DNA of 37,549 bases, from IMG/VR virus record IMGVR_UViG_3300032247_000140, positions 1 through 37,549 of that record; one strand, written 5' to 3'. The notes below the pieces were generated by a model that saw only the letters and a list, made by a program, of their open reading frames with translations, searched no databases and was not told the DNA's origin. This DNA comes from a virus (Duplodnaviria; Caudoviricetes). Each line of letters starts with the position of its first letter. Position 1 is the stretch's first letter. The translations under genes and the position numbers were made by a program. Of this stretch, positions 35,722 through 37,549 are shown piece by piece.

Positions 35722-35741
35722 CCCTCCCCGTAGGGAGGGTT
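35719..35741 (-). terminator. Hairpin/weak terminator abutting element copy C
   Basis: AACCCTCCC-TACG-GGGAGGGTTT. Confidence 0.55.
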
Positions 35742-35746
35742 GATGC

Positions 35747-35935
35747 TCAGCGCACTCTGCTGTAGTCTTCGCCATCTATCTTGGCGCAGAACGTAGCACG
35801 TTGCACTTGTTCTCTAGCCTTACGAAAGAACTCGTAACGACTAGGTAGTTCAGAGAAGGGGCGACGTTGGTACATCGCCTCTCTCATTGCGTGCCACACA
35901 TGGGCACGCCAGATGTTACGTTGACCCGTTGTCAT
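35747..35935 (-). CDS. Early hypothetical protein
   Basis: MTTGQRNIWRAHVW... from 35935, overlapping the end of the upstream gene. Confidence 0.55.
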   Translation of the reverse strand: MTTGQRNIWRAHVWHAMREAMYQRRPFSELPSRYEFFRKAREQVQRATFCAKIDGEDYSRVR

Positions 35936-36137
35936 CTTTAAACGCTGGGTCAATCCAGAGCAGTATCTGCACCATGAGCAGACCACCAACTACAAACACT
36001 ACAGTGTCCCAACCGATATAGTTGTTACCTGATGTAATGCCTAGGTTGATGCAATACATACGAGACATGAACACCATGCCGATGATGAACCAAGTGAGGG
36101 CATCGATCACCCTCCGAACTCCACGAACTGCTGTCAT
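35916..36137 (-). CDS. Early two-TM membrane protein
   Basis: SD TAAGGAG then MTAVRG; hydrophobic segments ALTWFIIGMVFM and TVVFVVGGLLMVQILLWI. Confidence 0.7.
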   Translation of the reverse strand: MTAVRGVRRVIDALTWFIIGMVFMSRMYCINLGITSGNNYIGWDTVVFVVGGLLMVQILLWIDPAFKDDNGST

Positions 36138-36177
36138 AGCAATCTCCTTAAGATGGGGGGCTTTCGCCCCCCGAGTG

Positions 36178-36396
36178 TTAGCAGTAATAGCGTACTGCGA
36201 TGCGCTGACCAAAGAGGTTGGTCACCTTGCTGAACTGCTGTCTTGCGACAGCATCCTTACGGCTATGAAGCCACATCCAAGCCAGAGCACCTGACTTAGT
36301 CCAAGTCTTATGCACAGTCGTGCAGTCAGACACGCATACCGAGGCGGTATACAAACCGTGGTTACGAACCCACTTACGTATCCCTTTAGTGATCAT
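36178..36396 (-). CDS. First early gene, hypothetical protein
   Basis: SD GGAG; HKTWTKSGALAWM motif. Confidence 0.65.
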   Translation of the reverse strand: MITKGIRKWVRNHGLYTASVCVSDCTTVHKTWTKSGALAWMWLHSRKDAVARQQFSKVTNLFGQRIAVRYYC

Positions 36397-36503
36397 CTAG
36401 ATCTCCCTAAGAGTTAAACATATATGCAAAGCATCATTACCTTGCATACTATACTTATAGCGGATCTGGTGTACCCATTGCAAGTTATAGCGGATAGTCC
36501 ATC

Positions 36504-36558
36504 GCACCCCCACACCCCCAAACCCCATTTGGGTCCCCCCTCATACCCCATACCCCAT
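36504..36558. repeat. C-run tract (G-quadruplex-capable on the minus strand) at the early/late divergence
   Basis: Six runs of four or more C within about 55 bp. Confidence 0.6.
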
Positions 36559-36778
36559 AATGAACACAAATAACACCACAGTTTTTCAAATCTCCACGTA
36601 TATGTCCAGTTTACTCACGAAGTCCCAGCGCCACGCCGAAGCTCCACATCACTATCCATGCGGCATAGCGGGCATTCACCTTTTGCTAGCAGTAAGTACT
36701 TATTGCCGATCTGAAGTACCCCCCTTGTCTTTTTAAACGCTAAAGTCAAAAAATTTTTTACAAAAAATTTCCAAAAAG

Positions 36779-36787
36779 TGGTATATT
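36779..36787 (+). promoter_or_regulatory. Extended -10 promoter with upstream A-tracts for the packaging operon
   Basis: TGGTATATT preceded by repeated A/T tracts at 36748-36777. Confidence 0.55.
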
Positions 36788-36792
36788 CGGCA

Positions 36793-36868
36793 CGCGGTGT
36801 GGAGAAGCAGCCATCTCGTCTGTCCCATAGGCAGAAGAACACAAGTGCAAGTCTTGTCATCGCAACCA
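36793..36868 (+). tRNA. Non-canonical initiator-like tRNA-Met(CAT) or tRNA-like element
   Basis: Cloverleaf: acceptor CGCGGTG/CATCGCA with C1xA72 mismatch, D stem GAGA/TCTC, anticodon stem TCTGT/GCAGA, loop CCCATAG (CAT at 36826-28), T stem ACAAG/CTTGT, discriminator A, encoded CCA. Confidence 0.85.
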
Positions 36869-36883
36869 CACGGAATCTCCGAC

Positions 36884-37459
36884 ATGACAGATATATTAGT
36901 ACCGCCCATAGAGGAAAACATCCCTCTACCGGAAAATGCCAAAGAAGCATTTCCTGATCTCACTGCAGAGCAAGAGCTGCAGATGAGGGCCAACGTCATC
37001 AAACTAATGTCAGACCTGACTGGTCAAGAACTATCTCCAACGAAAGAAAACGCGGAAGAAGCTAAGAAGATAGCGCGGGATATGATCAACAATCCCCAGT
37101 ACCGCCCCGATTACGCCAAGTACCCCAATGAGACTCTAGCTATGTTGGCTGGTATGGTGGCTCAGATGAACGTATCTATCGTTGATGAGCTGTCAGAACT
37201 TAAGATGTACGTGGTAAATAAGCTCGTTGCAGAGATAGAAGCTGCAAAAGACCCCAAGATTCGCGTCGCTGCCCTAGGAAAACTAGGGGAAGTGGACGGA
37301 GTCGATGCGTTTAAGAAGCGTTCTGAGGTAACACATAAGGTTCTTTCTATACAAGAGGTAGAAGCTGAACTATTAGAGACCCTTGGAAGCCTAGAACACA
37401 AGGTAATTGACGTCGAAGCCCGAGAAATCGTGAAAAATGACCCAACAACTAACGCCTGA
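36884..37459 (+). CDS. Putative terminase small subunit
   Basis: Likely start MTDILVPP at 36884; helical protein with RVAALGKLG..GVDAF; first gene of the rightward module, overlapping the next ORF. Confidence 0.55.
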   Translation: MTDILVPPIEENIPLPENAKEAFPDLTAEQELQMRANVIKLMSDLTGQELSPTKENAEEAKKIARDMINNPQYRPDYAKYPNETLAMLAGMVAQMNVSIVDELSELKMYVVNKLVAEIEAAKDPKIRVAALGKLGEVDGVDAFKKRSEVTHKVLSIQEVEAELLETLGSLEHKVIDVEAREIVKNDPTTNA

Positions 37460-37549
37460 ACAGCTATTTAAGCTGCGGCAAGCGTTGCCGACCATGCCTG
37501 ACAAGCAGAAACGGCGTGTTCTTGAGCTTCTAAAGACCTATGACACCCA
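37437..37549 (+). CDS. 3'-truncated ORF, probably terminase large subunit N-terminus
   Basis: MTQQLTPEQLFKLRQALPTMPDKQKRRVLELLKTYDT..., open to the window end; call rests on gene order only. Confidence 0.45.
   Translation, partial: MTQQLTPEQLFKLRQALPTMPDKQKRRVLELLKTYDT

Noticed and set aside
36797-36883. N-terminal extension of the 220-aa ORF from GTG 36797
   Set aside because: This stretch is the tRNA-like cloverleaf; ATG 36884 is the more plausible start.
36611-37002. Minus-strand ORFs 36615..36950, 36733..37002 and a 22-aa hydrophobic peptide near 36611-36680
   Set aside because: The long ones overlap the promoter, tRNA and terS antisense; the short one has no supporting evidence.

Overview
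This window is most of a tailed dsDNA bacteriophage genome with podovirus-like organisation; I see no host genes, integrase, CRISPR array or rRNA. 1-13378 (+) is the end of the virion module: a partial tail protein, a C1q/TNF-like tail protein, a cupin, a GNAT-like protein and three internal/ejection proteins, the last a 2370-aa HExxH polyvalent protein. 13375-36396 (-) is the replication and early region: primase-helicase, putative SSB, SNF2 helicase, HNH, Cas4-like exonuclease, family A DNA polymerase, DUF3310, VRR-NUC, a MoxR AAA+/VWA-peptidase pair, many small ORFs, a probable iteron origin and a tandem paralog pair in promoter-gene-terminator cassettes. 36779-end (+) begins the packaging module. 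Features missing from the ORF track include: a 76-nt initiator-like but non-canonical tRNA(CAT) directly upstream of the putative small terminase; a probable 57-aa gene nested out of frame in the giant virion gene; a repeated oriented element (AACTGGTATC core plus a TCCCAC-N6-GTGGGA palindrome); a di-glycine motif shared by two ejection proteins; and two structured intergenic RNAs. All protein calls rest on motif recognition and gene order by eye; no database search was run.
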